A DNA stretch of 32,255 bases from Candidatus Sumerlaeia bacterium. GTDB lineage: Bacteria; Sumerlaeota; Sumerlaeia; SLMS01. The stretch is taken from the NCBI GenBank assembly GCA_038208905.1, contig JBBQYG010000028.1, forward strand, positions 1 through 32,255, written 5' to 3'. Both the position numbers and the translations under genes were made by a program. Positions 1 to 8,226 of the stretch are shown here, in pieces (the stretch's first letter is position 1; every line of letters starts with the position of its first letter). The notes beneath the pieces were generated by a model. The model made no database searches and was not told where the DNA came from. It worked only from the letters and a program-made list of their open reading frames with translations.

Positions 1-10
1 CGTGCCGCAA

Positions 11-61
11 AGATTACAACTACGATTATGCTGCGCAACAAAAATTGTGTTTTTTTTTTTT
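11..61 (-). promoter_or_regulatory. Candidate leftward sigma70-type promoter with upstream A-tract, for a gene outside the window
   Basis: Minus strand reads A12 tract (50-61) ... TTGCGC (33-38) - 16 nt - TAATCT (11-16) - TTGCGGCACG. It is an AT-rich island in otherwise GC-rich DNA. Confidence 0.4.
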
Positions 62-284
62 GAGCCAAGTTTTTCTTGGTTTTTCTCATCCGAATCGAGC
101 CTCAGCACCTCCCTTCCTGATCCTCTAGCGGACTGATGGACGGGTCCCATACGACCGCCCGACGAGTACTTGCCCTTGGCCTACCTCCCCCTTCGCAGCG
201 GATAAGTACCACCGTGCCAACAGTGCCGCTGTTCAAACCTGCCCCACCCACCCGTCATACTTCGCCCGAAACCCCACTCGGATA

Positions 285-298
285 GATGTATAGACATC
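285..298. promoter_or_regulatory. Palindromic operator GATGTATAGACATC resembling GntR/HutC-subfamily sites (GTnTAnAC core)
   Basis: GATGT-ATAG-ACATC inverted repeat in non-coding DNA. The core TGTATAGACA matches HutC/NagR/DasR-type boxes. Confidence 0.45.
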
Positions 299-387
299 CA
301 AGGGGGGGCGGGCCCATTTCCTGCGGGGCCATGTTCTGGCAGAAGCGCGTCATGTTGGCGTGGGCCTCGCCCTGCTCCCACCCCCCA

Positions 388-1803
388 TCACCCCGTCGCG
401 CTCGCGCTTGCCGAGGGGTCGCCGGGGCGGGGGAATTCGATGACGAAGCGGGCGCCGCCGAGGGGGCTGCGGGTGGCGGAGATGCGGCCGCAGTGGCCTT
501 CCATGATGCGGCGGGCGATGGAGAGGCCGAAGCCGGTGCCGCCGGCCTTCTTGGAGACGAAGGTCTTGAAGATCACCGAGGCGTCCTCCTCGGGGATGCC
601 GGGGCCGGTGTCGTCCACAAACACCCGCCAAACACGGCGGTCGGCCTCTGCGGAAACCACCACCCGCCGGTCCTTGCTGTCGGAGAGCGCCTGTCGGGCG
701 TTGATGAGGACGTTGTGGAAGACCTGCTGAAGCGCGTTGTAGTCGCCGCGGATGGGGAGTTCGGCGGGGAGATCGACGGTCAGCTCGATCCCGTCGGCGG
801 CGAACTCGGCGCCATAGAATCCCGCCGCCTCGCGGATCAGGTGGTCCAGGCGAAGGTCCTGCATCTCGAGTTTGCCACACACCGTGGCGCTCAGGAACTC
901 GGTCACGATGTGGTTCAGGTGCCCGATCTGGTTCATGACGCGCTTGATGCACTCGCCGGTCTCCGCGGCGTCGGCGTGGCCGCTTTCGATGTCCTCGCGG
1001 GCGACCCCCAGATGGAGGTTCATGGCGTGGAGGGGATTGCGGATTTCGTGGGCGAGGCCGCTGGCGAGTGTGCCGAGGGATGCCAGGTGCTCGGCCTCCG
1101 CCGCGCGGTGCTGGAGTTCCATCTGGCGGCGGAAGGCGTAGTAGGCCAGCACGATGGTAAGCAACGTGATCGATACGGCGATCAGGACGAGCATCATCAG
1201 GGTCCCGGTGATCCGCTGACCCAGAAGGTCGATGCGGGCCATCGACAGATTGGTCGAAAGCGCTACGTGGACACTGCCAATGAATTCGCCATTGCTCTGG
1301 AGCGCGATCTCGACGGGTACCAGGCTGGCGGGGAGGTTCTTGGCGGCTTGGAGGTAGTAATCGGTGGGATTTCCCGCATGGATGCCCTTCTCGATGATAT
1401 CGGGCGGGAAGCATTCGGAGACAGTTTCCTGAGAGATGTGCTGGAAAATCGCCCGCCCGCCGGTATCGTCCACGGAGACCAGGGCGATGGAACCGTCGCG
1501 CATCATCTTGTCGAGTTGGCGGCGGATTTCCGGGTTGGCGACGACAGCTTCAAGGGGCTCGCCGGGGTGGGACTGGAGAATGGTGCGGATCCGTTCGGAG
1601 GCGAGCGATGCCGCCAGATGCGCATCCTCGCGGGCTTCATCCACCAGTTGGTCCTTCAGGCCATTGATTGTCCAGGCGGACAGGAATACGGCGAGGGCCC
1701 CCAGCGCGACCAGCGCGGCGGTGGCGAAGAGCATCGTCTGGATGCCGATGGGCACCTGAGAGGGCGCGCCGCCGCCCCGATGCCACCCCTTGACTTCCGC
1801 CAT
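388..1803 (-). CDS. Membrane sensor histidine kinase, NtrB-like class (2 TM, extracytoplasmic sensor, HisKA + HATPase_c)
   Basis: H-box SGLAHEIRNPL, N-box QVFHNVLINARQA, G1 DTGPGI, F-box IFKTFVSKK, G2 GTGFGL, and two hydrophobic segments. Start set at the ATG at 1803 with GAGAGG upstream. Confidence 0.93.
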   Translation of the reverse strand: MAEVKGWHRGGGAPSQVPIGIQTMLFATAALVALGALAVFLSAWTINGLKDQLVDEAREDAHLAASLASERIRTILQSHPGEPLEAVVANPEIRRQLDKMMRDGSIALVSVDDTGGRAIFQHISQETVSECFPPDIIEKGIHAGNPTDYYLQAAKNLPASLVPVEIALQSNGEFIGSVHVALSTNLSMARIDLLGQRITGTLMMLVLIAVSITLLTIVLAYYAFRRQMELQHRAAEAEHLASLGTLASGLAHEIRNPLHAMNLHLGVAREDIESGHADAAETGECIKRVMNQIGHLNHIVTEFLSATVCGKLEMQDLRLDHLIREAAGFYGAEFAADGIELTVDLPAELPIRGDYNALQQVFHNVLINARQALSDSKDRRVVVSAEADRRVWRVFVDDTGPGIPEEDASVIFKTFVSKKAGGTGFGLSIARRIMEGHCGRISATRSPLGGARFVIEFPRPGDPSASASATG

Positions 1804-1861
1804 GCTCGCCGTGCCTCTCATCGCCTTCGGGATTACTGCCGCCGCCCGTTTGTCTAGGTTT

Positions 1862-1877
1862 TGCAAAGCAAGGGCCA
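1862..1877 (-). promoter_or_regulatory. Sigma54 (-24/-12) promoter upstream of the histidine kinase
   Basis: Minus strand TGGCCCTTGCTTTGCA has exact GG-N10-GC spacing with TTTGCA, about 60 nt upstream of the ATG. Confidence 0.65.
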
Positions 1878-2046
1878 GAGCACTTTCCGGGGCTCGACGG
1901 AATACCTGCGGGGGCATCAGGCGCGGAGCTAAATGAAGACACCACAGGGTTATGCGCAACTTCTACGGGACGTCGCCGCGGCGCACCGTGGGTTCGCCCG
2001 GCAACTGTTCCACCCGCCGCTGCGTCTCCCTGTCGCGCGTGGGCAC

Positions 2047-3153
2047 ATGCGGACGCCGTTGCTCTTCTACTCCCAGGTCGCTTGGGACACCGTCTGGCAG
2101 CGCCCCCAGGAGCAGGCCCTTGGGCTCGCGAAGTACCGGCCGGTGATCTTTCTGTCGCCCGTGCAACTGCACGAGGCGGCGACCCGGCTGAAGGATCGGT
2201 GGCAGTTCCACCGCACTCTGGCCGGGGGGCGGTTGCAGGTGGTCAGCCCGCTGATCTTTTCCGGCGAGTATCGGTCGGAGCCCGTCCGCCGCGCCAACCG
2301 CGCCCTTCTGCGCAGGCTGCTGGGCCGCGTCGGGGCTGGTGGCCGGTTCCATTTCATGACAAATTCGCCGTTTTCTGGATGGATGCTGCCGATGCTGGGG
2401 CCTAGGTCGATCATCTATGACTTGATCGACGACTTCTGCGCGTTCAATTGGGCGCCGCCGGAGGGGCGCCAGTTGGAGGACCGGATCGTCCGCGGGGCGG
2501 ACCTTGCCTTCGCGGGGACGGGTTACTTGCGGGATCGCTATGAGAATCGGCTGCCCGGGATCGAGTTCCTTCCATCGGGGGTGCATTTCGGCAAGCTGAC
2601 GGCCCCCCAGCCGGAGCCTGCGGACTTGGCGGCGCTGCCGCGGCCGCGGGCACTTTATGTGGGGACGCTGAACGATCGGATGAATGGCGATCTTTTTGCG
2701 GCGATGGGCAGTGCTTTTCCGGGGGGATCGGTGGCGGTGGTCGGGCCCCGGCACGAGACCTTCCGCGCGCCGGCGCTCCCCCCGAATGTCCACTTCCTAG
2801 GACTCAAGCCCCACGAGCAGTTGCCCGGCTACTATCAGCATTCCGACCTCGGGATCATGCCCTTCGCGGATTCGCCGGCGGCGCGCGCCATCAATCCGAT
2901 CAAGACGCTGGAGTACCTCGCCTGCGGCCTGCCGGTTCTCTCGACGCCGATTCCCGATGTCATCCGCTACTATCAGGGCGTCGTCACCGTGGCTGAACCG
3001 GATGCGTGGGTCGGCGCGGCGCAGCGGATGATCGCGGAGGACAGCGATGGCGACCGCGAAGCGCGGCGCGATTTCGCGCGCGGGCGGACGTGGGAGGCGC
3101 TGGTCGAGGCGATGGAGCGGCGCATCCGACGCATGGAGGCGGGGGCGGCCTGA
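2047..3153 (+). CDS. GT-B (family 4-like, TuaH-type) glycosyltransferase
   Basis: Motifs WDTVWQRPQ, IIYDLIDDF, YVGTLNDRM, HFLGLKPHEQLPGY and NPIKTLEYLACGLPVLST. Start set at the ATG at 2047. Confidence 0.9.
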   Translation: MRTPLLFYSQVAWDTVWQRPQEQALGLAKYRPVIFLSPVQLHEAATRLKDRWQFHRTLAGGRLQVVSPLIFSGEYRSEPVRRANRALLRRLLGRVGAGGRFHFMTNSPFSGWMLPMLGPRSIIYDLIDDFCAFNWAPPEGRQLEDRIVRGADLAFAGTGYLRDRYENRLPGIEFLPSGVHFGKLTAPQPEPADLAALPRPRALYVGTLNDRMNGDLFAAMGSAFPGGSVAVVGPRHETFRAPALPPNVHFLGLKPHEQLPGYYQHSDLGIMPFADSPAARAINPIKTLEYLACGLPVLSTPIPDVIRYYQGVVTVAEPDAWVGAAQRMIAEDSDGDREARRDFARGRTWEALVEAMERRIRRMEAGAA

Positions 3154-4847
3154 TGCACTTTCAATTCGCGACCTATCGCTGGGGCGACGATCTGGTGGGC
3201 GGGGCGGAACTCCATCACCGGCGCCTCGCCACGGAGCTGGCGGACCTCGGTCACGAGGTCTCCGTCCTAACGACCGACGGCGCGGGCATCCGCCCTTTCT
3301 GCCATTGGGGCGTCGTGTGGGAGACGCTGAACAAGCGCGACTCCCGCGCCGAGCCGGCCATCCCTGTGCGCCGCTTCCCGCTCAAGAAGCGCAGCGCATG
3401 GCGCCTCGCCTTCGAGGCCAAGCGGCTTCAGTTCCGTATTGAAACGGAAGAGGCGGAAATTGCCGACGACCTCCTTGGCGAGCTGCTGGCGCCCGTGGAT
3501 TCCGGCGTCCGCCTCCTCAATGGCTGGCACTATCCGGAAACCCAGAACGGCGCCGCCGTGCGGTGGAGCCACGGGACGGGGCGATTCGCAACCCGGGGCG
3601 ACGCCTCTTCTCCTGGCGTGGTGCAAGTGCGCGGCAATTCTCCCAAGCCCAACCGGATTCGATTGCTGAGGGGAAAGAGCCTCCTCGGCGACAAGGCCGT
3701 TGGCGCCGGTTGGTTCGACGTGGAGTTCGAGTTTCCCGGCGGCGGCGAAGTCTATTCGCTCGTGTGCGGCGGCACGTGGCGCCCGCTTCGCGACTTCCGC
3801 GAGCTGGGCGTTCAGGTCCACGGCATCGACGTCGTGAACGAGCGGGGGAGATTCGCGGCGGACATGTGGGAGGACTTTCGCGCGCTGGGGCGGCTCTCTC
3901 CGTCGCGATGGCAGCGATTCCTGCTGGAGCACTGCGAGGCCCGCCCCGCCAAGTTCGGCGCCATGATCGACCGACTTCGCGGGCCGGAATCGACGGGGTT
4001 GCGAAACGCGATCAAGACCTCGAAAGCGGATGTGGTGATCCACTGCAACATGCCGTGGGCCAACATGTCGTCCGTGCGCCCCGGCGATCTGGCGATGCCG
4101 CTGTGGCACATGGAGGACGAGTTCTACTACTGGCAGCATTGGATCGCGGGACTCAGGCGCGCGCGGTTCGTGCTGGCAAATACTCCATACGCGGCCCAAT
4201 CCTTCTACCCGGGCCTCGGCATCGCCGCTCACTTCGTCGGCCCGCCAATCTGGGAGCCGGTGATCGCCTCGGACGCCGTGGCCGTGGCGCGCTTCCGCGC
4301 ACAGGCAGGCGCAGCATCGGACGATGTGCTGGTGCTAACGGTTTGCCGAAAGAGCGGAGAGAAGCGCTACGATGCAATCGCAACGGCGGTGGCGGACTTG
4401 CGCGCCGCCGGAACGCCGATCCGCATGGCCGGCGTCGGGCCAGATGCCGACGGGCGCCCGTTCGAGTACGACGGTTGCCGATGGCTCGGAAAGCTGGAGG
4501 AGGCGGAGCTGTCGGCCGCCTATGCGGGTTGCGATGTGTTTGCGCTGATGTCGGAGAGCGAGAGCTTTGGCATGGTGATCCCCGAGGCCTGGCATCACGG
4601 CAAGCCCGTGGTGGTGAACCGGGCCTGTGGGCCCGCGGCCTCGCTGGTGGAGAGTGGTGCCGACGGCCTGCTGGCATTGCCGGGGCGAGAACTGGCGGAG
4701 GCGCTGAAGTCGCTTGCGGATTCGGCCCCGCTAAGGCGCCGCCTTGGGGAGGCGGGCCGCGCCAAGGCTGGACGCCTCTACGTCAGGGGAGCCGCCGCGC
4801 GAAGACTTCTGACCGCCCTGGAATCGGCACCCGCCCGGGAGTCGTAG
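3153..4847 (+). CDS. Family 4 glycosyltransferase with an inserted beta-sandwich domain
   Basis: N-terminal VGGAELHHRRLATELADLGHEVSVLT and C-terminal SESESFGMVIPEAWHHGKPVV (EX7E). TGATG overlap with the upstream GT gene. Confidence 0.88.
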   Translation: MHFQFATYRWGDDLVGGAELHHRRLATELADLGHEVSVLTTDGAGIRPFCHWGVVWETLNKRDSRAEPAIPVRRFPLKKRSAWRLAFEAKRLQFRIETEEAEIADDLLGELLAPVDSGVRLLNGWHYPETQNGAAVRWSHGTGRFATRGDASSPGVVQVRGNSPKPNRIRLLRGKSLLGDKAVGAGWFDVEFEFPGGGEVYSLVCGGTWRPLRDFRELGVQVHGIDVVNERGRFAADMWEDFRALGRLSPSRWQRFLLEHCEARPAKFGAMIDRLRGPESTGLRNAIKTSKADVVIHCNMPWANMSSVRPGDLAMPLWHMEDEFYYWQHWIAGLRRARFVLANTPYAAQSFYPGLGIAAHFVGPPIWEPVIASDAVAVARFRAQAGAASDDVLVLTVCRKSGEKRYDAIATAVADLRAAGTPIRMAGVGPDADGRPFEYDGCRWLGKLEEAELSAAYAGCDVFALMSESESFGMVIPEAWHHGKPVVVNRACGPAASLVESGADGLLALPGRELAEALKSLADSAPLRRRLGEAGRAKAGRLYVRGAAARRLLTALESAPARES

Positions 4848-4937
4848 CTCGCCGATCCTGACATTCCTGTTGTTTCCGACGCCCCCGCCCGTCCACCAAG
4901 TCATCCACGCAGCGCCACCCCGCCCCAGGACCCACGC

Positions 4938-5942
4938 ATGAGAATCGCCGTTGTTGGCGCCGTGATGCACGACCAGATCGAGACGACGGACGGGCGCCGT
5001 TTCGAGTCCTTCGGCGGAATACTCTACAACGCGCTGGCGCTCGCCGTCGTGACGCGGAAGACCGACGTCATCGTTCCCCTGACCCATGTTGGCGGCGACC
5101 ACATCGATCTGCTTCGCATGGAATTCCTGGACTGTCATCCGCAAATCAATTCGTCGCAGATTCGCATCAACCCCGCGGGGACTGACGAGAACGTCCTCAA
5201 GTACGTGACGCTGAGTTCGCGCCGCGAAAGGATGACGATTCGATCCCCCCGGATCGACTTCGCTTTGCTGGCGCCGGCATCGTTGGCGGACGCAGTCCTG
5301 ATCAATTTCATCACCGGCGAGGAACTGGACCTGGGGACGCTGCGCTGGCTGAGGGACCACTCGCGCGGGCTCATCTACTTCGACATCCACAACCTCGGCA
5401 AAGTCCGCAAGGATGGCGTCCCGGTGGAGGGAAACCGCTTCGACGACTGGGCGGATTGGTTCCACTGTGTGGACATCGTGCAGGCCAACGAGTGGGAGGC
5501 GGAGCGCCTACTCGATTTCCACCCGCGCACGGAGGAGGATTTCCGCGCGGCGGCGCTGCGTTTTCTCTCCGTGGGTGGACCGCGCGTCGCGGTGATCACG
5601 CTGGGCGAGATGGGCTGCGCGGTGGCGTGGCGGTCGCCCAACGGCGGCGCGCGGTATGCGCGAATTCCCGCGATTCCAAATCTCAAGATCGAGGACACGA
5701 CGGGATGCGGAGACAGCTTCTCCGCCGGGTTCGTCGTGGAGTACCTGCGCTCGCATTCCCCGCTCAAGGCGGCCCTTTTCGCCACCACGCTGAGCGGGCT
5801 CAACTGCATGCAGAAGGGGCTCGACGGGCTCTCCAAGCTGACCGGCATCCGCGAGCGCATGGAGGACGACTACATCGACCTGCTCCGCCAGATCGACGAG
5901 GGCTGGGACGGAGACGCGGCGGAAGACTTGACGGACCGATGA
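4938..5942 (+). CDS. PfkB/ribokinase-family carbohydrate kinase
   Basis: Motifs FGGILYNA, ANEWEA, VITLGEMG and the signature DTTGCGDSFSAGF. Confidence 0.9.
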   Translation: MRIAVVGAVMHDQIETTDGRRFESFGGILYNALALAVVTRKTDVIVPLTHVGGDHIDLLRMEFLDCHPQINSSQIRINPAGTDENVLKYVTLSSRRERMTIRSPRIDFALLAPASLADAVLINFITGEELDLGTLRWLRDHSRGLIYFDIHNLGKVRKDGVPVEGNRFDDWADWFHCVDIVQANEWEAERLLDFHPRTEEDFRAAALRFLSVGGPRVAVITLGEMGCAVAWRSPNGGARYARIPAIPNLKIEDTTGCGDSFSAGFVVEYLRSHSPLKAALFATTLSGLNCMQKGLDGLSKLTGIRERMEDDYIDLLRQIDEGWDGDAAEDLTDR

Positions 5943-5970
5943 ATCGGGCGGCAACCACGGAGACTATGCG

Positions 5971-6429
5971 ATGATCCACGGCGTGAAGACAAGGAAGCTG
6001 GCGGTGCACAGCGACGAGCGCGGGCGCCTGATGGAGATCCTGCGTGCCGACGACAAGGAAATGGACGTCCGGTTCGGTCAGGTTTACATGACCACCGCGT
6101 GGCCCGGCGTGGTGAAGGCGTGGCACTTTCACAAGCTCCAGACCGATCACTTCGTCTGCCTTTTCGGAATGATCAAGCTGGTGCTGTTCGACGACCGCGG
6201 GGACTCGCCCACGAAAGGCCAGGTGAACGAGTTCTTCCTGGGCCCCCACAGCCCCCTGCTGGTGGAGATTCCAAACCTTGTCTATCATGGCTTCAAGTGC
6301 ATCAGCGACACCGAGGCGATCATCGTGAACACGGTGACCGAGTGCTACGACTACAAGGATCCCGACGAGTTCCGCGTGGAGCCCCATACCGGGGGCATTC
6401 CATACGACTGGGCGCGCAAGGACGGCTGA
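5971..6429 (+). CDS. dTDP-4-dehydrorhamnose 3,5-epimerase family protein (RmlC-like cupin)
   Basis: Motifs DERGRLMEILR, PGVVKAWHFHKLQTD, DDRGDSPT and IPNLVYHGF. Confidence 0.88.
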   Translation: MIHGVKTRKLAVHSDERGRLMEILRADDKEMDVRFGQVYMTTAWPGVVKAWHFHKLQTDHFVCLFGMIKLVLFDDRGDSPTKGQVNEFFLGPHSPLLVEIPNLVYHGFKCISDTEAIIVNTVTECYDYKDPDEFRVEPHTGGIPYDWARKDG

Positions 6430-6433
6430 GCGC

Positions 6434-8035
6434 CTACATGCGCATGAACTCCGGAGTCATGGTGCAGAGCGCCGCGAGGTAGGCCACCTTTTCTTCGATT
6501 TCCGATTGGGCGAGGGGCGTATCGGGATCGCGTCCCTCCGCCACGAACTGGATCAGGCCCTCGCGCGTGGGACCGCTGATGCCGCGCGCGATCAGCCGCG
6601 CGGCCCAGAAATCCGCGACCTCCGCCGGGGTCCGGATTTCATCGGGCATGATCCCGGTCGTCGAGTAGTTGAATCCCTGATTGTTCCACCATCCCGAGAC
6701 CGTTGTATAGACGAAGTTCCACCGGCGCAGCATGCCGTTGGAGGAAGCCCAGTACTCGGCCACGTCGGGAGGCCCATCTGGCGGGCGCCACCCAAAGAGC
6801 GGCTGCCCCATGTCGTTGAACACCCATTCGATGCTGAAGTTGGCGGAGATGACATAGGGGATTCCCAGGACGCGCATGGCGGAGACAGTCCACTCAAGCG
6901 GGCGCTTCACCTTGGTGGAGCGGGCATCGCGGAACTCCCGGCGCTTGAGGAGAAAGCGAAGCGTCTCGCGAATCTGGTTGGGCGAATCCTTCAGGCGCCG
7001 GAACTCGTCGGCCACCGCGATCACCAATTCGTCCGGCGGATTGTCGGAAACAAATCGGCGGCATAGCTTGAACGCCAGATGGCGCGCTGTGCCGGGATGG
7101 AACGCCAGGATATCCAGAACGCTCTTGGCATCCTCCTCGGGCCCCAGATTGGCCTCGAAGTAGCGGCACATCACGAACTTGTTGAAGTGGTCGTGGCTGC
7201 CATCCACATACTTGTACTGGCCGCGGCTGGGGCTGTCGCCTGCCTGCTCGTATGTCCACCCGGTAAAGGCCCGCGCCGCCTCGTACACATCGTTGTCGTA
7301 GTAGAAGTCCCGGATCCCATCGCCATCGGCGTCCACCGTGGAGTCGCAAGTGACCGTGGGATTGATCCCCGGGCGATAGTTGATGTCGCCCATCGTGTGC
7401 AGCTCGAACATCTCGCGCGCCCAGTTCTCGTTGGGCCCGTTGCGGGTATTCAAGTAGTTGTCGAGGTAGTACAGCATCACGGGATGCTTGGCGACGGCCT
7501 CCAGCATTGCGCGAAAGTTGCCCAGCGCGTGGGCGCGGATGGTCTCGTCCCACTTGGTAAACATCGAGCGGACGATGAATTGGCTCCCCTGCACGCTGAA
7601 GTGATCGTGCCAGAAGTTGACGACGCGCTCCTGCAACTGGCGGCGCGAATGGATCATGCGAATCCACGTCGCATGGCTCACTTCGCTCAGTGGGCGAATC
7701 GCCTCCGCATATGTCGCATGATTCCGCCGGTCATAGAGCTGGGCCCATGATTCGCCAAAGGTGACGAATCCCTTGGAATCGATCATGGCCTGGCAGGCGG
7801 CGTCGTCGATGGAGGCCGGAGCTAGCTGATCGTCCACAAACGCGTCGAAGCCGAGCGCGGCGATGCGGACCACGTCGCCCGGCGCGGCGCCGAATTGGAG
7901 GCGCTGGGCCGCGTGCTCCGCCAGCGATGGATTCGGGGCCGGCGTATCTGGGATACAGGCCGCCTTCAGGGGCTGAAGGGCCTTGTCGGATGCGCCCACA
8001 AGAAAGTCGCGACGAGTTATCGTTGAAGTGGTCAT
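6434..8035 (-). CDS. DUF1800 family protein
   Basis: Motifs QLQERVVNFWHDHF, MLYYLDN, PNENWAREMFELHTMG, ARAFTGW, GQPLFGWRPPDG and terminal PEFMR. The N-terminus has TRRDFL. Start set at the ATG at 8035. Confidence 0.88.
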   Translation of the reverse strand: MTTSTITRRDFLVGASDKALQPLKAACIPDTPAPNPSLAEHAAQRLQFGAAPGDVVRIAALGFDAFVDDQLAPASIDDAACQAMIDSKGFVTFGESWAQLYDRRNHATYAEAIRPLSEVSHATWIRMIHSRRQLQERVVNFWHDHFSVQGSQFIVRSMFTKWDETIRAHALGNFRAMLEAVAKHPVMLYYLDNYLNTRNGPNENWAREMFELHTMGDINYRPGINPTVTCDSTVDADGDGIRDFYYDNDVYEAARAFTGWTYEQAGDSPSRGQYKYVDGSHDHFNKFVMCRYFEANLGPEEDAKSVLDILAFHPGTARHLAFKLCRRFVSDNPPDELVIAVADEFRRLKDSPNQIRETLRFLLKRREFRDARSTKVKRPLEWTVSAMRVLGIPYVISANFSIEWVFNDMGQPLFGWRPPDGPPDVAEYWASSNGMLRRWNFVYTTVSGWWNNQGFNYSTTGIMPDEIRTPAEVADFWAARLIARGISGPTREGLIQFVAEGRDPDTPLAQSEIEEKVAYLAALCTMTPEFMRM

Positions 8036-8092
8036 GGGGAGCAGCGCCGTGGAGATCTCGGGTTGCCAGTCGGGGCGCTCTCTGCGACACAA

Positions 8093-8108
8093 AGCATGGC
8101 CCGGGCCC
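8093..8108 (-). promoter_or_regulatory. Candidate sigma54 promoter upstream of the DUF1800 gene
   Basis: Minus strand GGGCCCGGGCCATGCT has GG-N10-GC spacing and lies about 59 nt upstream of the ATG. It is a weaker match than the site at 1862. Confidence 0.4.
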
Positions 8109-8226
8109 GCCGTCAATGATACCCGAAAGCGGCGCAATTTTCTACTGAGTCGCAGGCGCCAGAGATCGGTGTTGCCCTCCCGGTGGGGATGCGTCAGTCA
8201 TCGCCATTGGATCGAAAGTCCGTCGG

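Noticed and set aside
62-85. Hairpin AGCCAAG-TTTTT-CTTGGTT followed by Ts as a terminator
   Set aside because: The stem is weak and no + strand gene ends here within the window.
286-1857. 523-aa + strand ORF, and similar long antisense ORFs (11393-12574, 13316-14716, 17153-18727, 20925-22310, 26917-28260)
   Set aside because: They are shadows of well-supported genes on the opposite strand, expected from high-GC codon usage, and show no recognisable motifs.
8120-8226. Xanthine/purine riboswitch upstream of allB
   Set aside because: Superficially similar words (AGTAGAA, AAATTGC) are on the wrong strand and lack the intervening stem.
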